From Octopus vulgaris (taxonomy: Eukaryota), in the NCBI GenBank assembly GCA_951406725.2, contig OX597837.1, forward strand, positions 47,554,001 through 47,618,000: a DNA stretch of 64,000 nucleotides, given 5' to 3'. Below, piece by piece: positions 27,243 to 41,075 of this stretch. The translations under genes and the position numbers were made by a program. The notes under the pieces are model-generated. The model made no database searches and had not been told where the DNA came from. It worked only from the letters and a program-made list of their open reading frames with translations. Positions within the stretch are counted from its first letter, which is position 1. The number at the start of each line of letters is the position of its first letter.

Positions 27243-27335
27243 CACAGAAAAAGGAAAGATCCAAGGAAGGGAAGACGGAGGAAAAATAATCGCCAACGAT
27301 ACACACGCGGTCACATATTGAAATTATATATATAC

Positions 27336-27414
<79 letters not shown>

Positions 27415-27513
27415 TTTTCAAAGTGGAAAAATTTACGGATTTTTTCTCTTACGAGGTTTTTCACGCTAACTACTGATACTTTCTTATAAAGATTTTATCC
27501 TCAATTGTAATTT

Positions 27514-27558
<45 letters not shown>

Positions 27559-27597
27559 CAATATATGTATAAATATAAATGTATATATATATGTATC

Positions 27598-27628
<31 letters not shown>

Positions 27629-27824
27629 CATACTGATGTGACAAAAATACCAACCGTACTATTACTACTACTACAACAACTACTACTATTGCCACTGCTG
27701 CTACTACTACAAATACTATTACTACATTCACACACATATGCATAGCCTCTACCTCTCTCTCGCGCTCTCTCTTTCTCACATACGCGCGCGCGCGTACTCA
27801 CATATAAAAACAACAAAACTTAAT

Positions 27825-29100
27825 GTTGGTGGCCCCATTAATAGCAGGGGTGTTGATGTGGATGTCCAGTGGAGTGATTGGCATGGTTGGAATGGGATGG
27901 GACCGGACTCGGTGATTGCTAGGTAGAGGTGTTATGAGTCGGTAGGTTTTTGAACAAAAATGAAGATAGTGAGGGTGACGAAAGAGTGATTGATGACAGC
28001 AGATATATCGAAAAAGTTAACTTGTTTGTCTGAAATACAGGAACTGAATCTGAAAGAAGGATGAAAGTGTTGAGCCGTTCGCGAAAGAAGGAAGTGATGC
28101 TGATATAGTCGTGTTATAGTTCGGGAGAACGGTGGGCGAACTGTGGGAAGGTCTGGGCCTCAACATAATCATTGAACAGATTGGCTTAAGTGGGACCTAT
28201 TCTTGTACCCATAGCCACCCCCAAAGACTTACTGGTAGAAGTCTCCTGCGAACGAGAAGCAGTTAAAAGCGAGGGTGGGAATACTAGATTGGTGAGAAGT
28301 GGGGTGATCGAGAAAATATTGTGGGATGCGAAGGCTGTTGTGAGAGATGACAGGGTGTAGGCATTTAGTGTCTGAAGTAAATGAGAGTTGGGAGGAACAT
28401 GGGAAAATAGAGGCTGAAGAGGCGAAGTGGTGACTTGGTGTAAAAATGTGGATAGGGTGGGAATTTACTGTGGATGAGAGAATGAAGTCGAAGTATTTTA
28501 TAGGGGGATTTCGGATTGAAATGATGAGGCGACCAGGGTTGTCAAGTTTGCGTAATTGGAATGGGGGGACTTATAAGGTGGGTGTGAGGGATGCAGTCGA
28601 TGAGGTTAGTAATGGTGAGGGGGTCTGGGAGAAGAACTGGTGATGGCGGAGGACTCAAAATTCTGGCAGTCAGGTGGGGAGGACTAAAAACAAAGGGATA
28701 TGAGTAGGAATTGTGGAGGTGTTGGAGTGCTTCTGTTTTGTGCTTGTCAGTACGCCAAATGGCCATGGCCCCACCTTTGTCCGTTAGTTTGATGATGGAA
28801 TCGTCCGAGTAACGGAGATTACACAGAACAGAGTGCGGCGCGGGTGAAGTCTTAATGAATGCTTCTAGGAACTGAACTGGTTCCATTTGTGGTGATTAGT
28901 ATTAACAAACTCGTACTGGGTCTTGAACAGGATCAGAGCCCAGGGGTCAAATGAAATTGCGATTTAAGAAGGAGCAGAATCTGGTGCGATGCAGGAAGCG
29001 CTCGATGTCGGTCCGGGTCTGGAACCTGTTGGTAGAAGAAGAAAGCGGATATGAAGCGGGGGACCAGGAACGAAGGAGAGAATTTCAGTATTGAAAGAGA
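27825..29100 (-). pseudogene. Degraded Penelope-like element (PLE) reverse transcriptase
   Basis: IIKLTDKGGAMAIW (DKG motif, near 28775), NCFSFAGDFYQ..GVAMGTRIGPT*ANLF (about 28180-28265), FHPS..VNFFDIS (about 28000-28065), KPTDS (near 27940); stops and frameshifts. Confidence 0.85.
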
Positions 29101-30392
29101 GAGAAGAGTATAGAGACAAGAAGAGTTGGACGGTGGGGTAGATGGTGTGTGTAGATAGGTGGATAGATGAGTGAGTCGGTAGGTGGAGGGGGGGTTCAGG
29201 CGTTGATTGAGGAGGGTTGTCAATATGGGGGGGGAGAAGGTAGGACTAAACTGGCGTATTGTATGTGTGTATGTGTGTACGTGCATGCTGGTGTGCTTGT
29301 GTGTGGACATGCGTGTATGTGTGTGTCATGCGTATGTGTGTGCATGCGTGTGCGAATGAGTGTGTGTATGTGTGCGTGTGTGCACGTGTGTGTGTGCATG
29401 CATGTGTTTGTGTGTGTGTATGTGTGCATACGTGTGTGCATGCGTGTGCCTTTTGTGTGTGTGTGGACGTCTGTGTGCGCGTATACGTAGGTGCATGCAT
29501 GTGTGTGTGTGTGCGTGTATGTGCATACGTGTGCGTATAAGTGTGGGTGGGGTGCACGCGCGCGAGTATGTGCGATAGTCTTTCTTGGCGCGGGTGGAGA
29601 GGAACGCCTTTTCCCATTTCTGCCATTTCGGTTTTTCTGTTTGTGTAAATTCCTGTCAAAGCAGATCTGTATCTTTAGGTGTGTGTGTGTGTGTGTCGGT
29701 GTCTGTGTGTCTGTGTGTGTGTCTGCGCGTGCGTGTTTACGCGTATGCTTGTCTGTGTATCCGTGTAGTGTGTGAGTAAGTGTGTCAGCGCTTACAAATG
29801 TATATGTAAGAGTGTCTGTTTGTGGGAGAGGGGGGGTCTGCTCCTCGTACGAGCGAACGTGCGTGCGTGATTACTTGGTGAGGTTTGGATGAGAATTTCC
29901 AGATAATCCTGTCCGACAAACTCTCCCTCCCTCCCTCTCTTCTCTTTCCCCGCTCCCACCAACCAAGGTGACGAAAGAGGAAGTAAAAGTGAGTCATAAG
30001 ACGGCGGAGTCATGAACTTGCCTAACGTTTACTCGGACTACCGACTGGTTGCTGGAGTGTGTGTGTATGTATGTGTGTGTGTGTGTGTGAGGGGGCGGAG
30101 AGAGGGTTCTGTCGGGGGTGGGGGGGTTATGCTGGGTTGCCTTTGTAAGCGAACGAATGCGTGTGTGTCGCGCGAAGGTCCAGTTCCAGTTTTGGGTTGA
30201 TATCTGCCAAGTCGCCATTAGAACCGGTTAACTGGATATTTACTTCGAGCCAGAATGTTATGGAATCGAACTGAACTGTGAAAGACGTTTGGTCATAATA
30301 ACAGCTTGAACCGATAAACAATGACCACCACCACAGACAAAATCGACCGCGAAGGCATTCAACAGGGATCAGTCAAAAATGTTTATGTATTT

Positions 30393-30731
30393 CAGGGGTT
30401 CTCAACCACTTTTTATCAATGAACCCCTTCGATTACTATTCCACCATTTTGGTGGACCCCCCTCCCCATAGCCATTCGAGGTTTAAAACTAGTTTTATGG
30501 AAATTTCTTCCAAAATTCTTATTTTGTTTTTCACACATTAACTTGTTTCGGTTGAATTGTGTAAAATGTCAGAGAAAGAAACCTGGCTGTTTCCTGCGAT
30601 ACATACCACTATATACGTCTAAATGAAAAATTTTTCAAGGTCCCTTAAAAATACAATTCTGGATCCCCAATCTAATATTTTGTTGTGTGGACCCCCAAAA
30701 ATTTTATATGGACTCCGGTTGAGAAGCACTG
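30393..30731. mobile_element. hAT-type MITE
   Basis: TIRs CAGGGGTTCTCAACC and GGTTGAGAAGCACTG; TSD not preserved. Confidence 0.7.
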
Positions 30732-30874
30732 ACTTAGATGGTGAATTGAGACCAATTGCAACAACACCTGACCCATTGGTAAAGCCGACGTGGAGTAGCA
30801 ATGACACTGGATAGAGCGACAAACTAAGGTTAATACAATCTGGATAAAAACCAAGTGTTAGAGTGTGTATGTAT

Positions 30875-31097
30875 GAGATAGAATCATCCAAATTAGTCTT
30901 GTGGAAACCCCTTCCTGGTGATGTAAAGACGAGGAAAACGTCGACACACAGACATCGACATCTTGACTGCAGACACTGGCCTGGAAGGTATCCGGAACCT
31001 CGACGCAGGGACGATGGACCGAGAAGGGTGACGGGAGGACCTTGTTGCTTCGGTCCGGTTGCAATCCGGCCATAGCAACAATAATAATAATAATAAT
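30875..31097 (+). mobile_element. RTE-type LINE 3' fragment with (TAA)n tail
   Basis: SKLVLWKP..DILTADTG..MDREG* parallels the LLWKP..DTG..MDREVW end of the RTE at 8370-8500. Confidence 0.6.
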
Positions 31098-31123
31098 GTA
31101 TTTTGTATATTGTCTGTCTGTCC

Positions 31124-31535
31124 GTATGTATGTATGTATGTGTACATGTATGTATGTATGTATGTATGTATGCATGTATGTATGCATGTATGTATGTATG
31201 AATGTATGTATGTATGTATGCATGTATGTATGAATGTATGTATGTACGTATGTATGTGTGTATGTATGTATGTATGTATGTATGTATATATGTATGAATG
31301 TATGTATGAATGTATGTATGTATGTATGTATGTATGTATGTATGTATGTATGTATGTATGTATGTATGTGTGTGTGTATGTATGTATGTATGTACGTATG
31401 TATGTATGTGTATGTATGTATGTATGTATGTGTGTGTGTATGTATGTATGTATGTGTGTATGTATGTATGTGTGTATGTACGTATGTGTGAGTGTATGTA
31501 TGTGTGTGTATGTATGTGTACATGTGTGTGTACAT
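31124..31535. repeat. (TATG)n microsatellite
   Basis: Direct reading. Confidence 0.95.
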
Positions 31536-31814
31536 GTGAAATACAACACTATTTGCTGCAGTGTGCATCCCTGTAAGATACATTCTGAGAGTAGCTTTTT
31601 GTCCTTTTTTTGTTTTGTTTGTTTTGGGGAGTGGATGGGGGTAAAAATTGTTTATGATGAAATTTTACTATATTTATATTAATTTTTGTTCAAACATCAT
31701 CCCTGTCGTTAATGGCTGTTTATGATGAGAGAGGATGAGGAAGAAAACTAACAATTAACTTGGTTTATTGAATATGAATGCATTAATTTCTGGACAGCTC
31801 CCCATCTAACTAGT

Positions 31815-31885
31815 TCCTGCCAAACCGTCCAACCCATGCCAGCATGGAAAATGGACATTAAACGATGATGATGATGATGATGATG
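31815..31885 (+). mobile_element. RTE-like 3' terminus with (TGA)n tail
   Basis: CCGTCCAACCCATGCCAGCATGGAAAATGGACATTAAACGATGATG. Confidence 0.5.
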
Positions 31886-33061
31886 TATGATTTTCCTGTC
31901 TAAACAAGTCTATACATTCACTTAAACCCACTCCTAATATAATTGTAAAGTAAGTCTGAATATAAGGTATAGAGACACTAAAACCAGAAATTGTGACACG
32001 TCAAACTAATCGATTGCAGTCGTCCAAGTGAAGCTATCAATATAAAACGTGAGCAAACTTTTAGTCACAAATGCAATAACTTATAAAATAAAATTTCCAT
32101 TAAAGTCCATTTAAGATTTATTGAATAGCTCTGTGTATATTCTCTGGATTGATAGGCCTTCGCCATTGCAACTGAGTACCCTCTTTAACTATCCATTATG
32201 ACACTTCTTATAAACTCAATATTACTAAAGAATTAAGTAACTGGGGAGGTCAAACTGTGCATGCAACACATTCTTTACAGCTAGTTCAATTCGTAAATTA
32301 CTGGTGTATAAATAGTGTTTTGCTTCAACTTACATACTTATACTACTTTAGCATATATATATATGTGGGCGGGGTTAGCCAACACTGAATGTATCAGACA
32401 GATCTACACAAACTCATCAAATGAGGACAGCACACATATCACCTACTTTCATAAAAACAGGTGATATGCAAATGCATGACAAATAGCTGTGATCAAACAA
32501 CACTTTCTTTTCACTCCTGACACAGAAGATGGTGCATGGAGAGTCTTCTGGTTAACAAGCGTCCGTACAAAGCCACCACAAATAACAGAGTCAAGAGAGT
32601 CACCACAGCCAGCCCCGTCCTGCACATTACACCTACTTTTAAATGTCATAGACATATTAGGACTTAATAACAGAATTAAAATCAAAATCTTCTGCCCCAT
32701 CGATCCTGCCACATGCAATTAAACAACACCTTTTGTATGGAAGCAGAATGCTGAAACACTGAAATATATTTACTAAAGTTTGTTATGTTTTGTTGAGAGA
32801 GGAAAGAAAGAAATCGTCGTGTTGGATGTGCTACGGATATTTGTGAAGATGTTTCAACATTGGTTCAGTTGTTAGACTCAGTTTATGGCACTTTGGTGGT
32901 TCCATATAAAGAAGCAGCTTCAATGAGTTGCAGAGATGCATTTATTTGCTTTTAGTTTCTGTTTTCTTTCACTGATTTCTAACTCATTCAATAACATCAA
33001 CTTTGAATTAAACTGAACGATCAAATACTTGTACCTCGACGTTTCACCACTTACACCATGT

Positions 33062-33093
<32 letters not shown>

Positions 33094-33579
33094 TCTGGCT
33101 CACCTCTCTCTCACCCCCTGTCTACTTCTCTTTCCCTCTCTCTCACTCTTTCCCACTCTCCCTCTTTCTCTTAACCCTCTCACACTCTCACTCCCTCTCT
33201 TCCTGTCTCTCCCTTCTTTCTCTTTCCTTCTCCTCTCTCTCCTTCTTTCAGTGTCACTCTCACCTTCTATCTCCCTCTCCCTCACGCTCCTTCCCTCCCC
33301 CTCTCACTCTCAATCTTTCTCTCTCCCTCACTTTTCGCTTAAATGCGTCACAAGTCTTAAACACATTTAGTTCGTGGGATTTACCAATGAGCAATCGGTT
33401 AAATTCGCTTTCTATAAACATGTCGGCCATCTTATTGTCTAATCGTCCCCCACCCCCACCCCCGTCGCTTTGCCAAACTCTAAAAACTTCTTTCTGTGTC
33501 ATGAAAATTCACTCAAGAAGAAAACGACAATTATTAACGCTTTACCTTAATTGGTTGCAATGAAATTAAATTTTACATA

Positions 33580-33895
33580 ACTGGCACTCCGTCGATTGCG
33601 ACGATGAGTTGATCCGATCAATAGAACAGCCTGGCCGCGAAATTAACGTGCAAGTGGCTGAGTACTCCATAGACACGTATACCCTTCACATAGTTCTCAG
33701 GGAGATTCAGTTGGACACAGAATGTGACATAGCTGGCCCCGTTTGAATTACAGGTACAATTCCCTTTTGCCAGCTGAATGGAGTAGAGCAACGTGAAATA
33801 AAGTGTCTTGCTCAAGGACACATTGTGCCACCAGTGCTTGAACTCACGACCTTAAGACCGTGAGCCAAATACCCTAACCACTGAGCCACGCACCT
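33580..33895 (-). mobile_element. tRNA-derived SINE, family C
   Basis: Minus-strand A-box TGGCTCAGTGG, B-box GAGTTCAAG, TGTGTCCTTGAGCAAGACACTTTA conserved core. Confidence 0.8.
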
Positions 33896-33997
33896 TCACC
33901 ATCTTATTGTGAATAAGATTTCAACCATATTTCTTTTAAAATTAGTATCCCCCCACCCACACTTCCCGGTTCTCCCCCCCCCATTCATATCTTTATA

Positions 33998-34579
33998 CAG
34001 TAATGCTTCGATATACGAATTAATTTGTTTCCGGAGACCACTCGTAAAGTGAAAACTCGTAAAGCAGAGCAATAATTTCCCATAGCAGCAATGTTATAAA
34101 TCGTAAATCGTTTCCCAAAACATATTTTACCTATAAAATTTATAATACTCGTCAACGAATGGCAATAAAACAGCGGCAGAATGTAAAGAATATTTTATGT
34201 AAAGTAAAAGGAATGTCAAGATCATTTATAATATAAAATATTATTATTATTATCGTTTTCTGAATCACTTTCACTCGCACACACCATCACTTGTAGACGC
34301 GATCGCCAATTCACAAGCACTCGTAGACGGACTTGTAGATTTCTTTATAAAAAAACAAATCTGGATTTGTTTGCTTAGAAGAAGCTTTTTTTTCACTCCA
34401 TAAATTTCTGGTTAACCCGCAGAAGCATTTGTTATGGTAGTAGAAACGTTTGCTCTTCGTTCGCGATTGGGATCTCGAGCTTGGAAAATTCCAGTTCACC
34501 ATACAAAAGTGAGCTGAAAAACAAAACTCGTAAACCCGGAGTCTTTTAAAGCAGGTTTTTGCAAAGTCAGGTATTACTG
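33998..34579. mobile_element. Tc1/mariner (Tigger/pogo-like) MITE
   Basis: TA-CAGTAATGC and GTATTACTG-TA termini, subterminal CTCGTAAA repeats. Confidence 0.65.
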
Positions 34580-34860
34580 TACTTTGAAGGAAGGTGTCCA
34601 TCAACAGACTTCGTCAACCGCTATTTTTACGCCATCAGACCATGGGCAATCAATGAACCAACGATTATATCCACTCGCCTATTTACCCGTGTGATAATTC
34701 CAAGTGGAAATTAAATCTCTTAAACCAAACTTTTCCGACTGATTTTTCTGTTAACGTTTGACTATTTCAGGGGAGATAACTCGATCGTCCATTATTTCGG
34801 GGTAGGAGTTAATTCGATCGATTATATTTTGAAAAAAAAAAGCACAGAACATTAAGGAAG

Positions 34861-34940
<80 letters not shown>

Positions 34941-35094
34941 TTTATTTATCTCTCTCTCCTTCTCGTTCTCCCTCTCTCTCTCTCCTCCCTCTTTCTCTCT
35001 CTCTGCTCTCGCTCTCTCTCTCTCTCTCTCTTTCTCTCTGACATAAGTTGAAAGTAAAGGGATTATCTTTTAATCCAATACCGTTTACTTATTC

Positions 35095-35280
35095 ATTCAC
35101 GGGACTGCGGCCATACTGGGGCACCACATCGAATGTTTTAGTCGAATAAATCGACTGCAGTACTTATTTTTTTTTGTTTTGTTTTAGCCTAGTACTTATT
35201 CTATCAGTCTTTTTTGCCGAATTGCTAGGTTATAGGGACGTAAAAAAAACTAACGCTAATTGTCAAGCGGTGGTGGGACG

Positions 35281-35337
<57 letters not shown>

Positions 35338-35493
35338 GACAGGCTTCTTTCAGTTTTCGCCTATTCCCAAGGCTTTTGTCAGCCGGGGCCCCTTTTATTA
35401 TATGCAGAAGGCACTTTTCCAAGGAATTACGCAATGGGAACGAACCCGGAACTAGATGGTTGGGAGGCAAACTCCCTGCCACACAGCCACGCC
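35095..35493 (-). mobile_element. SINE family A (degraded)
   Basis: Collinear with 37051-37464. Confidence 0.75.
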
Positions 35494-35689
35494 TCATCAT
35501 TGCCGTTTGCTTTTACAAACACGGGCATTGATACCCTGCCTCTCTGGCGCCATCTACAAGAAAGACCATATTTGCAGGGGTCTCCATGTCTCCATACCAC
35601 ACTATTACCCGTTCCCGTCATCGCATAATTTATTTCTAATGTTAATATATTGTAACGCTGATGATTTCACTCAATGTTTTCCAAGGTTA

Positions 35690-36308
35690 TTTTGTTGAGA
35701 CATTGAGCATGTTTCAGCAAGCTTTTACGGCGGCGGGGCAACGGGTCGTATGCAATGTTTCGAGAGGTAGGGGCGCTTCAAAAGCGGAAGACCGTCCCTG
35801 TAAGGCGATCCGGAAGCCCTGCCGCGAGCGTCACCCCCGGAAATGGGAAGAAAATTCATCAGCTTGGGTATGAGGATCGTCAGAAGACAACGACCATTGC
35901 TGATGTTGTTGGTCTGTCGTCTAGAATCCTTGCAAGAAATCCTAACGTCTGCGAAGAATTGGATTCTTCACGATGACAATGCATCGTGTCACCGAGTTCT
36001 CCTCACTCGTGAGTCTCTCGCCAAATCCAACATGGCATCGCTTCCGCGTCCCCCCTATTCGGACGTCCATCACTTCCCCAAAATGAAAATACATCTCAAA
36101 GATCGCCGTTTAAACACCGTTGTCGAGTTCAAGAGCGAATCGCAGAAGATCCTAGACTCCCAGGTTAGATTCCGAAAGTGACACGAATGCTGCACTGGTG
36201 TACTGCTGCGCAAGGTGATTATTTCGAAGGAGATTAAGTTAAAACTTAGGTAAATAAATAATTTTTTTATTAAACATAACTAATCCGGGAACTTTTTAAT
36301 ATGACCAC
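35690..36308 (+). mobile_element. Mariner transposase relic with right TIR
   Basis: WILHDDNASCH and PPYS..D..FPKMK..LK motifs in ORF 35843-36181; ends GGGAACTTTTTAATATGACCACG-TA. Confidence 0.85.
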
Positions 36309-36481
36309 GTATGTGTGCATCTTTGTATGTATGTGCGTATGTAGGTACACACACACACACACACATATCCATAGAGATAAAGAGAGAGGGAGAGAGAGAC
36401 TACAAACATATATATGTGTGTAATAGTACGCATAGCGTGGATGTGTGTGCGTGAGAGAGAGAAAGTGTTTGTGTGTCCGTG

Positions 36482-36527
<46 letters not shown>

Positions 36528-36829
36528 AGTGTATGGTTGTCATCACGTTTCTCCAATCGTCTTAAATAACAAGTTACAAAAACAACATTTATCCACTAAT
36601 TAGTCTGTTTATATACGGTTTCTATAGAGATAGCAGGTATCACGTGACGCACTAACCCTTGACCTTCACTTCACCCATATCAGTCAAAGCCCCTCCCGTC
36701 GCCGCCACCACAGTCTCTTTCGACTCCTAGCACACACAAAGATAACAACAGGGGATCGAGGGGGGAGAGACCAAAGTCGGGGTCGGAGGGGCTATAAATA
36801 GAAAGACGGGTCTACTTGTGTTTTATATA

Positions 36830-36869
<40 letters not shown>

Positions 36870-37050
36870 AAAGTAAGATAGGGGTTACGGGTGTAACCCA
36901 CTATGGGATAGCATTTATCCAATATACTGTTGGATAATGTTCTCATTATGTTAAATGAATAAATAATCCAACATTATAATATCCGAAAGTTGATGAACAA
37001 ACTAAATTTGTTTTTCCATTTTCTTATTTGTATTATATATATATATATAT

Positions 37051-37464
37051 ACTCTTTTACTCTTTTACTCTTTTACTTGTTTCAGTCATTTGACTGCGGC
37101 CATGCTGGAGCACCGCCTTTAATCGAGCAACTCGACCCCGGGACATATTCTTTTGTAAGCCCAGTACTTATTCTATCGGTCTCTTTTTGCCGAACCGCTA
37201 AGTAACGGAGACATAAACACACCAGCATCGGTTGTCAAACAATGCTAGGGGGACACACACAGACACACAAACACACACACGCATATATATAAACATATAT
37301 ACGACGGGCTTCTTTCAGTTTCCGTCTACCAAATCCACTCACAAGGCTTTGATCGGCCCGAGGCTATAGTAGAAGACACTTGCCCAAGGTGCCACGCAGT
37401 GGGACTGAACCCGGAACCATGTGGTTGGTTAGCAAGCTACTTAGCACACAGCCACTCCTGCGCC
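37051..37464 (-). mobile_element. Near-complete SINE family A
   Basis: Minus-strand head with A-box-like TGGCTGTGTG and B-box GGTTCAGTCCC; short (GTAAAAGA)n tail. Confidence 0.88.
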
Positions 37465-37783
37465 TATATATACCACTTGTTAATCTGAGCAGAGGCAATG
37501 TGAGCAGCAACAAAAGGAACATTACTAAAATCCACAGAAAGGTCAAACACAAACATATATTCATTTATATCTACAGACCAGACATAAAGCCTGACGTTTA
37601 AAAGTATATAATAATATATAAATAAATAAAAGTATATAATAATATATAAATAAATAAACATCATATAAAATATACAAATATATAAAAATCAGCGTTGCAT
37701 ACAAAACACATTGAATTTATGCTTAAAATCATAAACCATAAAATCATAAAATTATGATTTTAAGCGTAAATTCAACGTGTTTT

Positions 37784-38085
37784 TTTTATTAAACACTGAA
37801 AGTGTTATATCAGTTTTAAAATGTCGAGCAATCTTCAGCCACATATAGAATTTTCCAATTATCCTAATTGAAAAATTCTATATGTGGCTGAAGATTGCTC
37901 GACATTTTAAAACTGATGTAATACTTACAGTGTTTAATAAAATGAAGTAGCATGAAACAATTGTACTACACTACCTTGGATATCCTTGTTGCTTACTTTG
38001 ATTATAATCACCCCATTTGATTTATATGGATAATACCATACCAAATTCTGGTACCTTTAACTTAAGTACCATATTCATCTGAATC
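37784..38085. mobile_element. Palindromic HHR element, same family as 12988-13637
   Basis: Arms 37784-37860 and 37866-37942; tail TTATAATCACCCCATTT..CCAAATTCTGGT.CCTTTAACTTAAGT.CCATATTCA.CTGAATC shared with 13554-13637. Confidence 0.88.
37883..37970 (+). ncRNA. Type I hammerhead ribozyme, intact core
   Basis: TGTGG-CTGAAGA-tTGC..GCAt-GAAA-CAATTG-TA-CTACA. Confidence 0.8.
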
Positions 38086-38095
38086 TAAATTTTGC

Positions 38096-38163
<68 letters not shown>

Positions 38164-39214
38164 ATTGGCCGCTATCGGCCCAGCGACAGATTAGAAGCGT
38201 GTTCGAATAAGAAAGAAGAAGCATGTCTTCTCTTTCTTTTACTATTTCAAACTATTGTATACCATGAGTTACGAATCGATGTGGATAAATGAAGGTAAAT
38301 ATATATTTGAAACTTTGCATATTTTTTCATAAAATATGGAGTATACAACTGAAGATCGTTGTATGTACTTATTTCAATTAAATTATTTTTTTTTAATTGA
38401 TATATATTGAGTTTGTACATTGAACGTGAAACTAATTTTGTATTAACCACGCTGGCTTCATTTATCTCGCTCGCCTTACATCATTTTCGTACCAAGGAGA
38501 AATGCTTTTGTCTTATTTAAAAACAACGCCCATTCAACACGCATAGAGTTGGGGGTTTTTAACTGGTCTTCTCCCCTCTCCCAGCTTCCCCCCCCCTTAA
38601 AAAAATTGGGTTATTTCCCCCGTTTTACGAGAAATATCGGTACTTTTGGTTATCTCCTTCAACCGAAAAAGTTGTTTAAACGCCAATAAAACAGAAAAAA
38701 AATGAAAACATTAATAAACATGAAAACTGAAAAAATTAAACATCTTACTGAACTTGCTACTATTTTTATAATAAATCATATGATTCCTACAAAGGAGGCC
38801 AAATGTCGATAATGTGTTGAGACATTGAATCAAAAGGATCGAACTCTTTTAATCCAATCTGTTGTCGCCACATTAACTCGATTTTTGAGCGGGAAGATAA
38901 CCCAGTTTTAATGGCAATTTTTTAATGGGGGTGAGATAACCAAAAAGTACCCAATAATATTGATACGCCAAATTGTTTTTGTACGTCCGTACCTGTGGTG
39001 TGTGTCACACTTACTTGAAAGGAAGAAGTGAGTGGCGAAGCGGGAGAGAGGAGGGATGCAGAGGAATTTAGAGAGAAAGTGAGAAAGTGAGAGAGACAGT
39101 AGATACATAGATCGAAAGAAAGCTGATACATAGATAAATAGACACATTGTTAAATGAAAGACAACCACACCAAATATTGGATGTCACTTTTCATTACCAC
39201 ACTAGTATATATAA

Positions 39215-39291
<77 letters not shown>

Positions 39292-39399
39292 TATATACAT
39301 ATATATATATATACATATATTTATACACATATATATATACACACATATATATATATACACACATATATATATACACATATATATATATATACACCTATA

Positions 39400-39497
<98 letters not shown>

Positions 39498-40008
39498 CAT
39501 ACATACATACATACATACATACATACATACATACATACATACATACATACATACATACACATATATATATACACACATATATATAACTTTACTCTCGAAA
39601 CGTGTATGTAGCTAATCTGAGTCGTGTGGGTTCGTTGTTTTTTTCCTTTTGCCAATGTAAAAAAGTGTGTTGTTCTACGGGAGATCCTTATTGTAGTAGA
39701 AAAGGCATTTTAACTCCTATTTCTAAATTCGGTGCGTGGCGAAGCAATTAGCTGCCCCCTGGTTATAATTATGTTTATAATTATAGAATATTATATATAT
39801 ATATATTATATATATATTACATTTTATAAAGGGCTTAGTAAAATAAATTACTTTGCCACATACTGAACTCATTAGAAATAGCAGCCCAAAAAAATTTTTT
39901 TAGCCATTTCCAATACTTAAAGAAAATTTCTCTCAGATAGTGTTTACTCAAAATAACCCACGAAGGTATGGGGGTAAAAACATTAAAAAATCACAAGTGC
40001 AAAGATTA

Positions 40009-40070
40009 TTTGAGAACGTACGTTTCTAGATCAGCCAAATACAATTCGACATTTCTTTCGTCAGCTCAAA
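40009..40070 (-). ncRNA. Type I hammerhead ribozyme, copy 1
   Basis: Minus strand TTTGAG-CTGACGA-aAGA..TCTa-GAAA-CGTACG-TT-CTCAAA. Confidence 0.8.
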
Positions 40071-40571
40071 ATTTCTTAATTCGGATTTGTAAACACTGAA
40101 AGTAGGAGCATACCCTTTTGGCGACTTTTCACCTCCGAAGATCCGCTCAAACTAACAGTGCCAACAAATTCAAAATATGCAAGCGAAGAATTTCTGCCCT
40201 CCCCCTTCCACCCACGTGGGCTAAACTAGCAAACACCATGTTTTATCGGTGAAAACCGAAGCATTAAACAGAGAGAAATGAATTATAATTTCAACAATTG
40301 AGGGTAAAATTAATTAATTATTAATCAATTTCACCAAGTATTCAGTATGTAAAGGGACCATTTAAGGCGAATTCAAAATATTACATTTTATAAAGGGCTT
40401 AGTAAAATAAATTACTTTGCCACATACTGAACTCATTAGAAATAGCAGCCAAAAAAAATTTTTTAGCCATTTCCAATACTTAAAGAAAATTTCTCTCAGA
40501 TAGTGTTTACTCAAAATAACCCACGAAGGTATGGGGGTAAAAACATTAAAAAATCACAAGTGCAAAGATTA

Positions 40572-40633
40572 TTTGAGAACGTACGTTTCTAGATCAGCCA
40601 AATACAATTCGACATTTCTTTCGTCAGCTCAAA
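40572..40633 (-). ncRNA. Type I hammerhead ribozyme, copy 2 (563 nt from copy 1)
   Basis: Same sequence as 40009-40070. Confidence 0.8.
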
Positions 40634-40733
40634 ATTTCTTAATTCGGATTTGTAAACACGGATCTTCGGAGGTGAAAAGTCGCCAAAAGGGTATGCTCCT
40701 ACTTTCAGTGTTTACAAATCCGAATTAAGAAAT

Positions 40734-40795
40734 TTTGAGCTGACGAAAGAAATATCGAATTGTATTTGGCTGATCTAGAAACGTACGTTCTCAAA
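40734..40795 (+). ncRNA. Type I hammerhead ribozyme, copy 3 (inverted arm)
   Basis: TTTGAG-CTGACGA-AAGAAATATCGAATTGTATTTGGCTGATCTA-GAAA-CGTACG-TT-CTCAAA. Confidence 0.8.
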
Positions 40796-41075
40796 TAATC
40801 TTTGCACTTGTGATTTTTTAATGTTTTTACCCCCATACCTTCGTGGGTTATTTTGAGTAAACACTATCTGAGAGAAATTTTCTTTAAGTATTGGAAATGG
40901 CTAAAAAAATTTTTTTTGCTGCTATTTCTAATGAGTTCAGTATGTGGCAAAGTAATTTATTTTACTAAGCCCTTTATAAAATGTAATATTTTGAATTCGC
41001 CTTAAATGGTCCCTTTACATACTGAATACTTGGTGAAATTGATTAATAATTAATTAATTTTACCCTCAATTGTTG

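Noticed and set aside
32449-32722. Non-repetitive overlapping ORFs (89 and 77 aa)
   Set aside because: No recognisable domain or convincing splice sites.
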